DNA of 64,000 bases from Paraphysomonas bandaiensis (taxonomy: Eukaryota; Protista; Chrysophyceae). The notes under the pieces were generated by a model, which had not been told where the DNA came from, ran no database searches, and saw only the letters and a list, made by a program, of their open reading frames with translations. The stretch's first letter is position 1, and every line of letters begins with the position of its first letter. A program made the position numbers and the translations under genes. The stretch lies in contig CBFFRP010000335.1 in NCBI GenBank assembly GCA_965644295.1, positions 1-64,000 of the forward strand. Reading direction: 5' to 3'. This document shows, one piece after another, positions 20,701 to 34,441 of the stretch.

Positions 20701-23700
20701 TTTTGTGAAGTATTGATGGGAAAACAGATGGTTCAATATCAATCAGCAGATTCCAGATCGCGTAGTTTGAAATCATCTGGTGATCAGACGCTACGGTCAA
20801 ACAATGATTCTTCGAACTCAATGTCAAGAGTTTTATCACGTAAACCGTCTGAAGTGTCTACAAAAGGTGATAAGTCTGTACCGGGCGAAAAAAAGACGAA
20901 TAAAAGATCACCTGTTCCAGTTGCTTTATCTACTGCCCCTCCCGATGGCTTAAGCTTGGATTTGAAGATGAAAGGTCTCTCAGTTAGCTTTTTGAGAGCA
21001 GTTGAAGGTGCCAGCGATCATGGTTGCGAGGAATCGAATATTTCATTACCGATAGAAGTTTCAGAGGTCGTTTTGCTTGAAGATATAGCGTCTCTGCACA
21101 TTGATGGGTTTTATGTTGGATTGAAAGCATCACCGAATAAAATTAATGCTGACATAACACTTCAGTCCATCAGTGCAAAAGATATCCGCGAAAGTAGCGC
21201 GGAATTTGCTTACCGCTATATGCTTTGTCCAGTGTCATACTCCCCCGTATCTGGTGATACCGTCAGTGACCAAAATAAGAGTGACAAGGATAGTATATGC
21301 GGGCAGGATAATCCCAAGCAGTTGAGTGTTTCCTTCTGGAAAGACAATGTGGAGGACGTAACTGATATAGATGTACTTGTACGAGATATTACCGCTTTTG
21401 TTTCACTTGATGCAATGTTAGACCTCGCGTCAGTTGCTCAGTCCTGTGTTGAGTCCGCCTTATCTCTCATGGAACCGATTGCTGATGATCCCCACCTAGA
21501 TGACATGAACGCAACGAAGTGTGTGAACGAGGTGAATCAATCGGAGTGCTATGAGCGCGGTACTTCGCCTTCGCAATCGGAGATCCGCATCAACGCTCGT
21601 GTTCAAATAATTAGCCCTCAGCTCATATTTCTCGAAGATCCATTGAATAAGTTCACCAGAGCTTTAGTGTGTCGTATAACGTGCAACACAGAGTACCGTA
21701 AGGCACCGGACAGTTGTGGCAGTAGTGTTGACCACGTGCTGCTTTCAGTAGACGAAAATGAAATATTTATCGTTCCCAGCTTGATAAACTGGACTCCTAA
21801 TCAAATAATGCGCTCCACTGGACTGGAGTTGTCTGTAACTAAAACTGACGAACGACTGAAAGTTCACTTAGATGTTGATGATTACGTGACCAATATATCG
21901 TTAAGTGATATCTCCCTTGCTCAAGCAGTTTTGATGCGTGCTACATTGGTTGACAAGCCCCCTCAGGCCCAGCAGACAGACAGTGTGTCTTCTCAAGGAA
22001 AGAACGAATTAAAATCGAATAACAACTCTGGGTTGCCGAGCTCATTGAGTGTGCACGTGGACGTAAAGCATATAGCTGTATCTTTGGTAAATAATTTAGA
22101 TACTGCGATAATCCCATTGTTCAGATTAGGTATTGAGTGCATTGAGTTCGAAACTAATGGACGTATGAGTGATATAAGTGGCTCTGGTTCAGCAAGTTTT
22201 CAAGCAAAATACTATAACAGGAGCATTCATGCGTGGGAACCCATTGTTGAACAATGGACACCTTCCTTTGCAATATGTGTAAGTGAAAAGGAAATGCGAT
22301 TCAATTTGAGTGCTGATAAATCGCTGCAATGCAATATAACGAGTTCATTGCTCAGCATAGTTGCGGACACAGGCAACTTAATATCTGAGGGTTCTGTCTC
22401 TAACAACAGTCGAATAGAGTCTCGGTCTTTGGTAATCAGAAATTGTTTGGAGGTTCCTGTGTCGTTGTACGACAGTGCTACGAACTCATCTATTTTTCAG
22501 CGTGCTTTAGGTTCGAACGAAGTTGGTGTGTTAAGTTTGTCCGAAGACAATATACCTTCTGAGGATGTAGTGGCTGTGATGCCGAAGGGAGTATTTCCTG
22601 ATAACCTAGATATCTGTTTCGAACACACGAAATGGGAAAATGTTGATTGTGTGAAGTCATTGCCGTTGGGATCTATTTCAATACATATTCGCTCGTTGAG
22701 AGGAGAGAGTAGAAAAAATATGATGCTCTATTGGGACTGCAGTGAGCGAACATTTGATGGACAAAGGGTTATATCCCTTCGGTCTTCGGTCTATATTAAG
22801 AATTCGCATTCGTATGCCATTCAGTTAAAAACAGATGATGGTACTGTCTTTGGTCCTATAAATTCGGGATCTATGGGGTGCGTTCCGTTGTCGTGTGTAT
22901 CTTCAACAGAATCAGTGTTCTTACGACCCGTCAACGATTGCAGCTATAAATGGAGTGAGCCGATCAAATGTGAGCTGTCATCTAGCTGTCCACGTACAGA
23001 TAAAATAGTTACGAGCAATCCAAGTGATTCAAACAAAGCTTCATTAGCTCCAGTAGTTTTCAGTGGACGTGTCTTATGTCCTGAAGACTCGGTATGTATT
23101 GAAATCAGTCCACTCATCGTGATCATAAATACCCTTTTATCCTCATTGGAATATAAATTTTCCTATTCATTATCTCATAAACATTCACCGTCTAATGACA
23201 TTGAATATGGCCGTTTAGCTCCCGGATCCAGTGCCAAAATACGATCTGTCGTATTTCCAAGCGACAAAATAACTTTATCGTTCCATCTTGCCCCATATGG
23301 TTGGAGTGATGGACAGCTTATTGCACCGTCTTCGTCATATCAATCTCCTAAATATAACCTTAAGGTGCCGCTCAGGGGATCTCATGAAGCCCCTGATTTA
23401 TTACTACGTGTTAGTGTTGAGCGTGATCCAACAAGCAGAAACCCCACCAAGATATATATTTATAGTAAAGAGCTAGTAATTGATCGCACTGGTCTTGGCG
23501 TTGCAGTGAAAGCTTCCGGAATGGATAAAATATTTTCTCATGGGCACCATGTGCGATCGACCGGAACACGAGATACAACTATTTGTAGTGATAATTCTTC
23601 ACTGATGAAAGCTGGGAAGGTAGAAGACTGTGCATCAGCAGTCGACTTACGCGCCTTTGAAGTTCACAGTCGTCGGAAATACAATGTTTCGTCCCTCACA

Positions 23701-26700
23701 GCTGGAAGTCTAGTGCATACAGATCGTAGTATTCGATTTTCATATGTACCGAACATTCTGTTGAACGCAACTTACATATGTACTCCCGCTGATGACAGAT
23801 TGAACTCAGTCAATGGAGGAAGTGTGATGGTGTTTAAAACAGATGTGCCTGTGTTTGTTTGTCTGTTTGTGGATAAACAATTGAAGAAGTTACCCGACTG
23901 GATGTATTGTCATGACTACCGCGAGTTTTCAGTTTTGTTAACTGCTCTGGACTCATCAAAGAAACAGCTGGTAGAACACTTCTATGGAGTGTATGGCAGA
24001 ATGTACGAGGCGGGTGAAACAATATCACTTCGCACGGGCTACTCGTCCCAGTCCAAGTCGATGTACAGTGCATGTGTTGTTGCCATTGACCGCCAGTCAC
24101 AGTCACACCTAAACTTAATTCAAGATATTGACTTGCAGGGGAGACATGATGATAGCAGTGAGATGTGTTGGGTAGAGGGCTCACACGGAGTGACCTACTT
24201 CAGTACTCGTAGTAACGGAAAATTGAACATTGGTATTGATGACGGTGCAGCGTGGTGTCAATCTGATATCTCTATGGCTGCAGTTGGTGGAGAGAAAGGA
24301 ACTTTTGAAATTTTACATGAACGTAAACACTATCAACTAGCATACAAGATTTATACTCTCCCTGGCATCTTCCAGCGAACTAAGGCATTGACTGTGATGC
24401 CCCGTTATGCCGTCACCAACTTCACGGAGGAGGATATTCAGATTTCATCTTCCATCCCGAGGAGGGGGGATGGGGACATGACTGTCACACCGTTCGCATC
24501 GAAATCGTGGCATATGCCGTCCAGTGCTTCGCACGGAACCAATGTTCACTTTAAAATTGGATCTAGCGAATGGAGTTTAGGACAAGTGGATATCAATGAA
24601 ATCGGTATCACTGAACTATTGTTACCATATAAGGATGGATCTTCTAACGAACCAGCTGTAATCAATGTGGGTGTCAAACTTGCCCTTTCCAGTGACAACT
24701 GCGCAATATCCATCGTGATTTGGAAATCTCGCAGCCCAGAGGCCGCGCCGATATCTATAAGAAACAATACGTCGGAGAGTATCATTGTACGCCAGAAATA
24801 TATGACGAATGAGACGCAGCCTAAATCAAGTACTAATGGGTCGTATGATGTGCTTGTTGCTCCGAATTCTTGGGTGCCTTTTGGCTGGGCATGTCCTGAG
24901 AACGAAAGAATCGTAGTAGTCACTACCGGTACTTCCTTTTCTTCCAATGAGCATGTTGTGGACGTTAATACTCGAGAAATATCGAAAAGACAAGATTTAA
25001 TTTGTACTGATGGAAGCAAGAAAAGTGTTTTTATGTCCTATGAATTAGGCGGCTGGGTCGTGGAAGTATCTGTCGACACCAATGATGAGAATGACAGAAA
25101 TGAATTTGATGAAGCTCATCCCAAAACCTTATCTTTTGTGTTAGATATAGCTGGGCTTGGTTTGTCTCTTGTTGCCGATTCCCCTACTCGAAGGGAGCTA
25201 TTGAACTTTTATCTTCAAAAACTAGATAGCATGTATAGCATCGAAGGTACTGCGACTTCTATTTCGTTAAATATTGGGGGCTTTCAAATTGATAACTACT
25301 CTGAGTCGGTCGTTTACCCAGTATTATTTCGTCCCATTGATCAGAAAAAAGCAAGCAGCAACAACAATGAAAATAGCCACGGTGATGATTTTATCCAGTT
25401 TTCACTTGTTCAAGAGAAGTTCGTCAGCGCGTCTACCTCTCTTAACTTCACTGTAATAAAATACTTGTCTGGGAGAATTCTACCGTTTTTGATTGAAATC
25501 GATTCTGCTACAATCCAGCTGTTGTTGAGTGATTGGCTTAGTGGTGCTACACAGAGTAGTCCTATTAGCTCCGCAGAAAAGAATCCAGAGCAATGGATTG
25601 CAAAGTACAGTGAAAGGACTTTATCATGCCAAGATCGCAGGTATCTGGTTGATGGATATGAAGCCCACAATAGGGTGAGGTTGGGCAAGTTGCTGTTTGA
25701 AAACGTAGTATTGCACCCAGTTATGTTGTCAGTGACTTTCCTTCACATGGACCTGCCATCTAGTCGGGAGGACACAAAGCATAATGTGTCATCATATGCT
25801 TTGGACCTGTTATCAGAAATTGCAAATGTTCAAGGCATGCAGCTCAAATTTGGATCGTTTATAGTCAGTAATGCTGTGGATGCAAAAGGTACACCAATTT
25901 TACACCTCGTACATAACGCCGCATACGTCATTTCGCATTGTATATCCATGTATCATAGTATGTGTTATCACAAAAGGAAAAACGTAACTAATCACTTCAT
26001 TTGTATTTCAGACTCCATGGCTGATCGTGTCAAAGGAAAGTATATTCGAGATGTCGCACTGCAACTCGGTTCTGTGCTCGGAAGCCTAACTATTATTGGG
26101 TCTCCGGCAGGTCTCGTGAGAAATATAAGTGGGGGGGTTCAAGATTTCTTCTATGGTAAGCTATGTCTATGCCACACTTTAAATTAATATTAATTGTATC
26201 TTGGTATTTGAGAAATTAGTAAGTGCACCTTTGTATTCAACTTATTATTTCCATCAGAACCTGCAGCTGGCATTGTCCAGAGTCCTCAGGATTTCGTGGT
26301 GGGATTATCAAAGGGAACTACGAAGCTTGTGTCTGGAGTTGTTGGTGGAGCCCTATCATCTACTGCGGCAGTGGTGGGCAGTGTATCCACGGGCGTGTCA
26401 TACTTCAGTGGTGATTCAGACTACGTTCGAGAGCGCGCGTTGAAGAAACAACGTCAAGCGGCCTCCAAATCTGGTGCTGCCTCGGGAATAAAGGATGGTG
26501 GTAGCAATGTACTCTCTGGCATTGGTTCTGGAGTGACAGGACTGTTTACGAAGCCGATACAAGGAGCTAAAGAAGGTGGTGTTGTGGGGCTCTTCAAAGG
26601 TATCGGCCAAGGCGTCGCAGGAGCGGCAATAAAGCCAGTGCTGGGGATCACAGATGGACTAACATCCATCACACAAGGCATTTCCAATCAACTTGGTGAT

Positions 26701-27720
26701 GAAATTATGGGAAGAGGTAATATTCGTCCGCCTCGGGCCTTAGTTCTTCAATCAATAAATGATCCTGAATCTCCACTAGTACTTCCTGAACTGAGTATTC
26801 CAGCTGCTGTGGCTAATGCCTATGTGTCCACCATAAACGAAAAGAATTCAACCAATGATGTGTTTATATCGGTCATCACACCACAGACAGAGTCACAAGT
26901 AATATTTACCAGGGACTTTGTTTACGTGGTTACAATAGGGAAGTCTTTGAATGAGTGGAAAGTGCCGTGGTCCAATTTCTCCCATGTAATGCTTGTGAAT
27001 GGTACAATTCGGATATTCGTTTTGAAAAAAGATGGCGAGTTATCGTGCAAGATCATTCCTTGTAGCTCTGCAGATACGGCAAAGGAACTTTACAGTGAGT
27101 TTATGAAGCACACTGCGCGGATGCAAAGCTCTAAGAACTGCACCACTGACGAAGCGCATTTGAACTTCTATGTCTTTGGAACAAAGAACAACATGTTGGT
27201 CCCGGCGAAAGCCTTGTCTGTTGAACAATTTCGGTTCATGGCATCCGAGAAACTAGATATTCCCGAAAATATGGATGTCAACGGCATACGGGAACGGATT
27301 GATGAAGCCGCCGTGTGGATGGTCAAATCATGGTCCACTATGCACAAAGCGGACACACGGCGCTGCTGTGTCGTCGCTTTAATTAACCGTTTTTCGGAAG
27401 ATGTTAATATTCATGAAATTGGTTTGGAGTGTGGGGACGACTGCTTTGTGGTCGGTAGTTGTAAATATTACGCATCTCGCGAAAAATCGCTCTCGGGAGT
27501 CCTATCTCAGGATGGCTTCTTGGTATTATTTTCCCACGCATTACCGCCAACATTTTCATCATCCGGTTGTGTAAAATTATTGATATCGACGACATCAGGG
27601 AGTGTATCCATTGGAACTGGCTCCAGCTTCTTATCAAAATCAGAAGCCCGCCTCTCTATGCAGTTTTTGGAGAAGACTATCAAACCCTGTTGGGGCAAGT
27701 ATGTGTTGGAGTTTGTGTAG
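17744..27720 (+). CDS. VPS13: VPS13-family bridge-like lipid transfer protein, ~3200 aa, 4 exons
   Basis: Chorein-N (LGEFVEDF..LKLGVWNG..IPW..L); YYN..HAWEPIVEQW; VAB/SHR-BD repeats; QIDN; ATG2_C-like GSP.GL..G..DFFYEP and GLFTKPIQGAK.GG. Introns 18785-18885, 25889-26011, 26156-26257. Confidence 0.95.
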
Positions 27721-28469
27721 TAGTTGTATTATAGTTTTTACTGAATAAAATTCCCTCCTAAGTTATTGCGGTTTCGATTTATCAAGAGAACTATTCGACA
27801 TAATTTTGTTAATTCAATATATTTGATGCTTCTGGCATAGCGTGCAGTACTGAAAATATAGATTTTATTAGCGTAATGCAACTATACTATTAAAGGGTTA
27901 GCTAAGAGTAAGTCTTATATACTTGGTGTACGGTATGATAAAACTATTCGAAGGTGATTTAAATTGGCTTTGGAAGACATTGTGTATTACTGGGTTATGT
28001 ATAACAGGAGAGATAACAAGGTTGTGTTGCTATAGCAACACATCAATCGCCAAGCCCTATCTTGAGCAGGTACTATATTTTCTGTTATTTTGCATATTTT
28101 ATTCCTATTCCTGTTGTTGCAGTTTTGTACATTCTATATTTAAATGCTACACAGATATTGCTAGCGATAAACATCAGCACGCTACAAGTACGTACTTCGG
28201 ATTAGATTCTAGTTAAGACTCCCACTCAGTGAAAATATCAGAAATTACCACAACAAACAACTACTACTTAGCATGATATCACCGTTTGCGTATGCTGATG
28301 GTTCAGCTTCTCCGGTAGAGCTTTAGTCATCATGTCTGTTGGCACATGTGTTAGCCTGACAGTACGATCTTCCACTTGCTCTCGAATCCAACGTACATTC
28401 TTGGAGCGTTTAGGTCAACCTTCAAGACTCAAAAAGATCGTGGTTAGCAATATATATAATTTGAACTTG

Positions 28470-29764
28470 CCCTCAACAATATGTCGGACTTGCACCGTTT
28501 CGTAGTGTTCTGGGGGATATAGCTGTATTTGCCACTCTTGAGATTGCAGCGCTCCAACCGAATAGCTATGACAAAATTCTGCTGGGATTCGACGGCCCCG
28601 TCACCATCTTTCTGAACAGTATTACTTACCCTGCTCGTGCGCTTTCGTATGGTACCTCTTCTTCCGGGTCGTCGTTGAATATGTCGCCGCCACGAATGTC
28701 GACGACATTATTCTTCCCGTTGCACTTATCCTACACCATTACACACAGTTAGTACAGTGTATATAGTAACAACGCAAAACAATAATCAGAACAATACCGC
28801 ATATTATACACGAACGACTACCCCGTCACCATCTTTATGATCAGTATTACTTATCCTGCTCGTGCGCTTTCGTGGCACGTCTCTTCCTCCGGGACGTCGT
28901 TACTAATTAGTGCCCCTTGTACCACACAAGTATTGCCTATGAGTGGGCAGAACAATATCTGCTGACTATATATGCGGCTCACGTTAGTTTTCCTGGGAAA
29001 CATCTCCGGTACCACCAGAACACCACGAAGAATTGCAAGTCCGACTTGTGGTGTTCTGGTGGGAAAAAAGTACCGGAGATATTTCCCCCGGAAACTAACG
29101 TGAGCCGCATATATATTATATAGTCAGCAGATACTGTTCTGCCCACTCATAGGCAAATGCTTGTGTGGTACAAGGGACACTAAGGACACTTATTAGTGTC
29201 CCTTGTGTAGACGTCTTTGGGCCTTGACGAATAAACGGACATCCGGGGTATTGAACGTAAGTGGAGAGTATGTTTAAAATACGGCTTCTATTATTACTGG
29301 TAAACGTACCAGAAGTTCAGTTGATTATCGCTTGTATGAATAGCACTTGGTAATATATAGAGTACTATAGTATGCATGTATTATATATATAAATGTAACC
29401 GTTACAATAACCATTACATTTTCACTTCTTGGACCTGTAACTAATATAAAATTTATTGGAGAACAAGGGGCATGGGATGAAGTTGGCTGGTCGGGTCGAG
29501 AGTTGCACAGAATACACCAATGTCAAATTCCAGCAGAGTGAGTAGCTACTCCATGGGCTGCCTACTGAAGTCAAGAATCCGGGCTAGTTTACCTTAAGGA
29601 CAGAGCAAAAGTGGTTGCGCCTTGGTGCTATCGGTGACGCAGAAGGAGCTTTCGTAGCGCAAAATAGTAGGATATCAGAGTTAGCACAAGTTCGTTAAAT
29701 TATTTTTTTGCTACATTAGTTCTGTCTCTTACACGCCTATTGCTAATAATCAGAGTTTCACTAC
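28470..29764 (+). mobile_element. Family X retroposon, composite copy with cargo and an internal inversion
   Basis: Perfect 12-bp TSD taatttgaactt (28457-28468 / 29765-29776). 5' CCCTCAAC and 3' TTCACTAC ends are both present. Confidence 0.88.
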
Positions 29765-30243
29765 TAATTTGAACTTACTTTCTGTGTCTACTTTTTACTG
29801 GGATATGCGAGTTATATATTCAGTAAAACGCTGCAATGCTAGTGACCAAGGTAATGCATGAAACGCTTACCCGGATCACGGCAAGCAACGCGAAAAGTAT
29901 AATCATATATCGAATCATTAATATTTACTCAGCATTGTCATTTTTATTACAGATTTGTATGAAGTATATGGTACATCGTCCCTCACACTTTAGCTTTGAT
30001 ATTTAATCACTGCTAGAAAGTACTACATATACAACAGGAAAATGAATTAGGTGTAACTTGATGAAGCTATAATCAAAAAGCTATGTCGACATCAGGAACT
30101 ATAATGATATATATTATCATTCTTTGATTCTTTGAACATTAAGTGTTGACAAGAATAATTTATGCTCCGTGTACGTAGTGCTAATTAAAATCTTAAATAC
30201 CATCTTATCCCTCTCACACAGTTACATCTACCAACCAATTTTA

Positions 30244-31642
30244 TCAAGCACTACTGTTGTCAAATCTATATACCCTACAACAATCCAAAAATTCAGTATC
30301 ACCTCGCTGTAGTCTAGCCAACAGGGGCTTATGTTCAGACCAGGGGTTGTCCAAGACCTCACGTTCACGTGCAGGTGATTCGTAATCCACATCTGATGAT
30401 TGAACCCGGAAAAATACCATTTCTCGGGATCCGAAGGGTATGTGACCATCAGCCGTTGGAAAATTTCTATGAGTGTTAGTACCAAAGTTGTATCCTCCAC
30501 GGTGTGGCAAAAGGACATGAGCAAACACACAGTCGCCAGCTCGTAATGTGAGTTGCTGTGGATCACCAAGATCAGGTAAACGTGAACTCACTTTCAGGTG
30601 GCGACTTGTAATAAGTTCCTGCTGCTGAACACACACACTTGGGTGCAATGGAGCTGGGCTATCATTACATTCTTCTTCATGCTGTAGAGAGGAAAGAACA
30701 GAAGAAGGACTTTTCAGTAACGCATAATCGTGCCACTGGCGCACCGTATGCCCCCCCGGAAAAACAGTAAAATTCCCACAATCTTCGATTATCTGATCGT
30801 TCAATGCAATTCCTATTATCACCGACCAATGATCAGGAAATCGTGCTCCTGTAGCATTGGCCTGGCCATCTAAATGATATTCTTTTCCTGGTCTACACGA
30901 GAACGATACTTCCTTCTCTTTACTATTTAGTTTATTCTTTTTTTTCGCTTGGGAAGGCTTCATTGGTGTTCGAATGGCAATTTGTGTGTAAAATAGACCT
31001 TTCACAGGGCCTATCAAATCCGAAAGCCGACCACGAATCGAGGGAGATTCTAACAGTAATCTCAACACAGGAAAGTGCTCAATAGGCTGTTTTTGAGTAA
31101 GTATATCTGAGAAGTTAAGCATGTAGTGGCATCTCCAGTCATCTGGTCGCTTACTCTGCATGACCCACCCCTCCCAGCTCCTGTCAATGTACGCCCGACA
31201 TGATGATATCACTTCAGAATCCACCGCATGTGGTAGACAGAAGTATCCGTCACGAATGAAGCGCTCCGCCTCTGTAGGAGAGAGAGAGTGATCGCATGAG
31301 ACCTCGTCGTTAAGGAAGAATCGCACAGCTCTACTCTGTCGCTCCACATCTGCTTCGATATGCTCGATGTCACGGATATGCAGATGACCTGAGGTGTACA
31401 GGACACCCCGGGATTGGAAATTGTCCATCAGGTCCACGCAGGAGCGCTCATCCACTCCAATGCAATGGACTGTCCATTCCACCACACTGTTGTGCCATGG
31501 TGTACCTCCACACTGATGTAGGTGTACCATGGGTGTGTTGACCAGTACACCACGTTCCCTGGCCTTGCGTAGTACGAAATTATGGATACTCTCGTCACAC
31601 GCACTCTGTAGGTGAACGAAATTAGTTTTTTTGCATGAAATC
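30244..31642 (-). CDS. Phytanoyl-CoA dioxygenase (PhyH)-like 2OG-Fe(II) oxygenase, last exon; 5' exon(s) near 31770-31900 unresolved
   Basis: F.RDGY..L..AV; YHLDG (HxD); GNF.VFPGGH; GD.VF.H..LPHRGG.N; R.MVFFR. Confidence 0.8.
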
Positions 31643-32851
31643 CTAGATTATACAGTATATAAATCTATAGTTTTCAATAAAAAACCTTATTTCGGCTGAT
31701 ATTTAGTTAGTATATCGATACTATATACAGTATATAATCATGAGCTCAACACATGCATTACATATACTTACATCACTGCACATGTTTGTCTGCTGAATGT
31801 AGCGATTCCAGAATGCAGCATCGGCACCAAGCGCAAGATATCGTTGAGTAGTTTCTCGGGTATGCAGAAGTATAATTTCGTGAAAGAATATAAATAGGGT
31901 CATTTCGAAACCCTCCAGCAATCATGTACAGTTTGAAACCCCGTAACCTTGACTGTATGAAGACACTAGATGATGTACCCTTGTGTACCGCGACACCTCT
32001 GCCCTCGCGTTCCTAATACGACAATCCCGCAATCAAGTATTCTGTATTAAATAGCATGTATGATTGCAAATGATTCACATGTATCCTCAATTCGAGCTGC
32101 ATATCGAAGCGTGGGGAAGTAATGTGGGTGCGAGACTGTCTCTCGTGTAGTTGCATTCACGAAGGACGCTCAACGTGGCACATGTAAGTCCAAGTCTCAA
32201 TTAATTAGGTTATTATCAGACCCTTATCATCTAGAGAAGAGATGAATATAGTTCTTGACCACGCTTGCAATGTTTGGGTGGTTTGATGATTGACTTGGAG
32301 TAGGAAGGGAGCTAGATGAAGAGTTTCTGTGGTAGAGAAGCATACGCGAGATTAGCACTGTTGACTTTCGCCTGCAATTTTTATTTTTTGCAATGACTTT
32401 TTGTCTTGTTTTGTTGTAAATAGCATACACATGAGCTCTATATCTGCTCAATGACATAGTAAAATTGTCAGTGGTAGTTTCGATAATGAATCCTTATTTT
32501 GTGTTTGCGCGTTTAATAATTATTCTACTCAATTACTATTAATGATTAATGTTTGTAAATGTTCCGTCTTCTCAATTACAACAATTCTATGAAATCTAAA
32601 GTCTATTATCTCCAAATACGGTGTTTGCACGTAGCAGTGTAATATCTGTAGAATGAGGTGTCTAACGTAACCGTAGAAGTGCAAGAGACTATGTCAAGTA
32701 TGTTTCGATGAAAAGCATATAAGGGTAAAAATTAATAATTCGTAGTTTGGATTTTAGTAAATTAGTTGGCTTGCCATCATGTTTTCGAATAGCAATCATG
32801 CTTTCGACAGTACACATTACACCGCAGCATATTCAAAATGTAGATAGACTA

Positions 32852-34045
32852 TCAGGCATCTGCCGGAGGACCATTTACATAAGAATCGAATCTTGTTACA
32901 AGAATCTCAACATTTTGTAGGTTAAAATGAGCACTGGATCCAGGTTTCGTTCGAAGCTTGTCTGGAACTCCCACGCTCTCATCAGCAGTCATGAAGCAAA
33001 TAAAATTGTCCAATTCTGCATTGGGCCTCTCCGCAATAAGTATCATTGCGATTAAAAGTCGGCGAAAGTCTGTGCAGCGTGTAGTAGATCTGTTTTGAGA
33101 TTTACCTGCAGGTGACAACGCGCTGTATACACATGAAAGTGCTTCGCAACGTTTACCAATTTCCTTGATGGCTACAGATCGTTCCTCCTTTGTAGCAAGT
33201 CCATCGTTTGCAGCTTCAAACTTGCCACCTTGATTCATATTCAACAACATACCAACCATAGACTCACCGAACCCGTCAATATAACTCAATTCAGTGAAAA
33301 CTCCGCCACGAGGTTTTAACCAAAAGTTGAAAGCAATCATATATCCTGCAAGAATCTTTGAGTTGCGTATGTTGTCTCCAGACAAGTGAGCAGTCAGAAT
33401 TTTTGAGAGTTGGTCAAATAAGTTCACGTCAGTGGTGATGTCCTCCGCGAGTGCTACAAAGTCGATGATGGACCGGTGGGCATGAATCTTTTCACCTAAG
33501 CTGAAAGGAAGGCCAGAATTAAGAGCCATAAATATGCCCACTTCAGTGGTTCGATTAATTCTTTCGAAAGATAAAAATTTCAAGACACGCGTTCGGAAAG
33601 CAAGTTTCACTTTGTCAGTCAAATTCTCGTAATAATATGAAGTGTCTCCAATCGGGATATCAAAGTTACCATTGTAAAAAGCCACAATGGCATTTACTCG
33701 GTGCCCACCATCTATTATGTTATCGGTAGAGCCTTTTCTCGCGATTACAATTGGCACTGAGCAGACGGGTCCTCCAGTAATTAATTCCAGGATATACCCC
33801 TGCTTCTTTTCCAATGGCCATGTCGATGAATTCCTCTGGTAGATATTAGTCACCTCTACCAATCTTGTAGCACACAGGTTTGTGGTGACTGATGTGATAA
33901 TATGACAGACTTCTTTCCCCATCTCGTCGACTTTGACCTTGCGGGAATCCACAAGCTTATCCATATGATGAGCGTCAAGCTGGTTATCATCTTCCTCATC
34001 AAAGGCGTCTGAGTGGGTGCGAGAGTTTCCAACTAGAATTGACAT
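32852..34045 (-). CDS. DUF262 (GmrSD N-terminal, ParB/Srx-fold) domain protein, intronless
   Basis: YQR..W, IIDGGHR and IF..LNSG..S.GE match the DUF262 QR / DGQQR / FxxxN motifs. Confidence 0.8.
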   Translation of the reverse strand: MSILVGNSRTHSDAFDEEDDNQLDAHHMDKLVDSRKVKVDEMGKEVCHIITSVTTNLCATRLVEVTNIYQRNSSTWPLEKKQGYILELITGGPVCSVPIVIARKGSTDNIIDGGHRVNAIVAFYNGNFDIPIGDTSYYYENLTDKVKLAFRTRVLKFLSFERINRTTEVGIFMALNSGLPFSLGEKIHAHRSIIDFVALAEDITTDVNLFDQLSKILTAHLSGDNIRNSKILAGYMIAFNFWLKPRGGVFTELSYIDGFGESMVGMLLNMNQGGKFEAANDGLATKEERSVAIKEIGKRCEALSCVYSALSPAGKSQNRSTTRCTDFRRLLIAMILIAERPNAELDNFICFMTADESVGVPDKLRTKPGSSAHFNLQNVEILVTRFDSYVNGPPADA

Positions 34046-34441
34046 TGACTTGAACAGTTTATTGGTTGTATTGTAATTGCTTTAATTGTGACATTGAGGA
34101 CTCCTCGTCGACAGTGCTGCCGACTCGCTCATCCTTGTCGTGAAAGACCTAAAAACAATGTCCTCCTCCGTCCTCGAAGACATATGGACAAAAAGAGTAT
34201 GTACTATACTGTACTGTATTCTGAAGGTTATACAGCTCACCACTGGAACTGAAGAATCAGTGTTCTTTAAAGATCCATCCAATTCAAAATACCCGTTGGC
34301 ACATTTTTTGTTGCAGTGATGTGATACTGGATCGACTCATACACTACTAACGATACACACACACATTCTTCATTACTCATAGCAGTATTGTTACAGTACA
34401 CAAGAGATAATAGTGGGTGAAAGAGTGTATTCCTAATCAAA

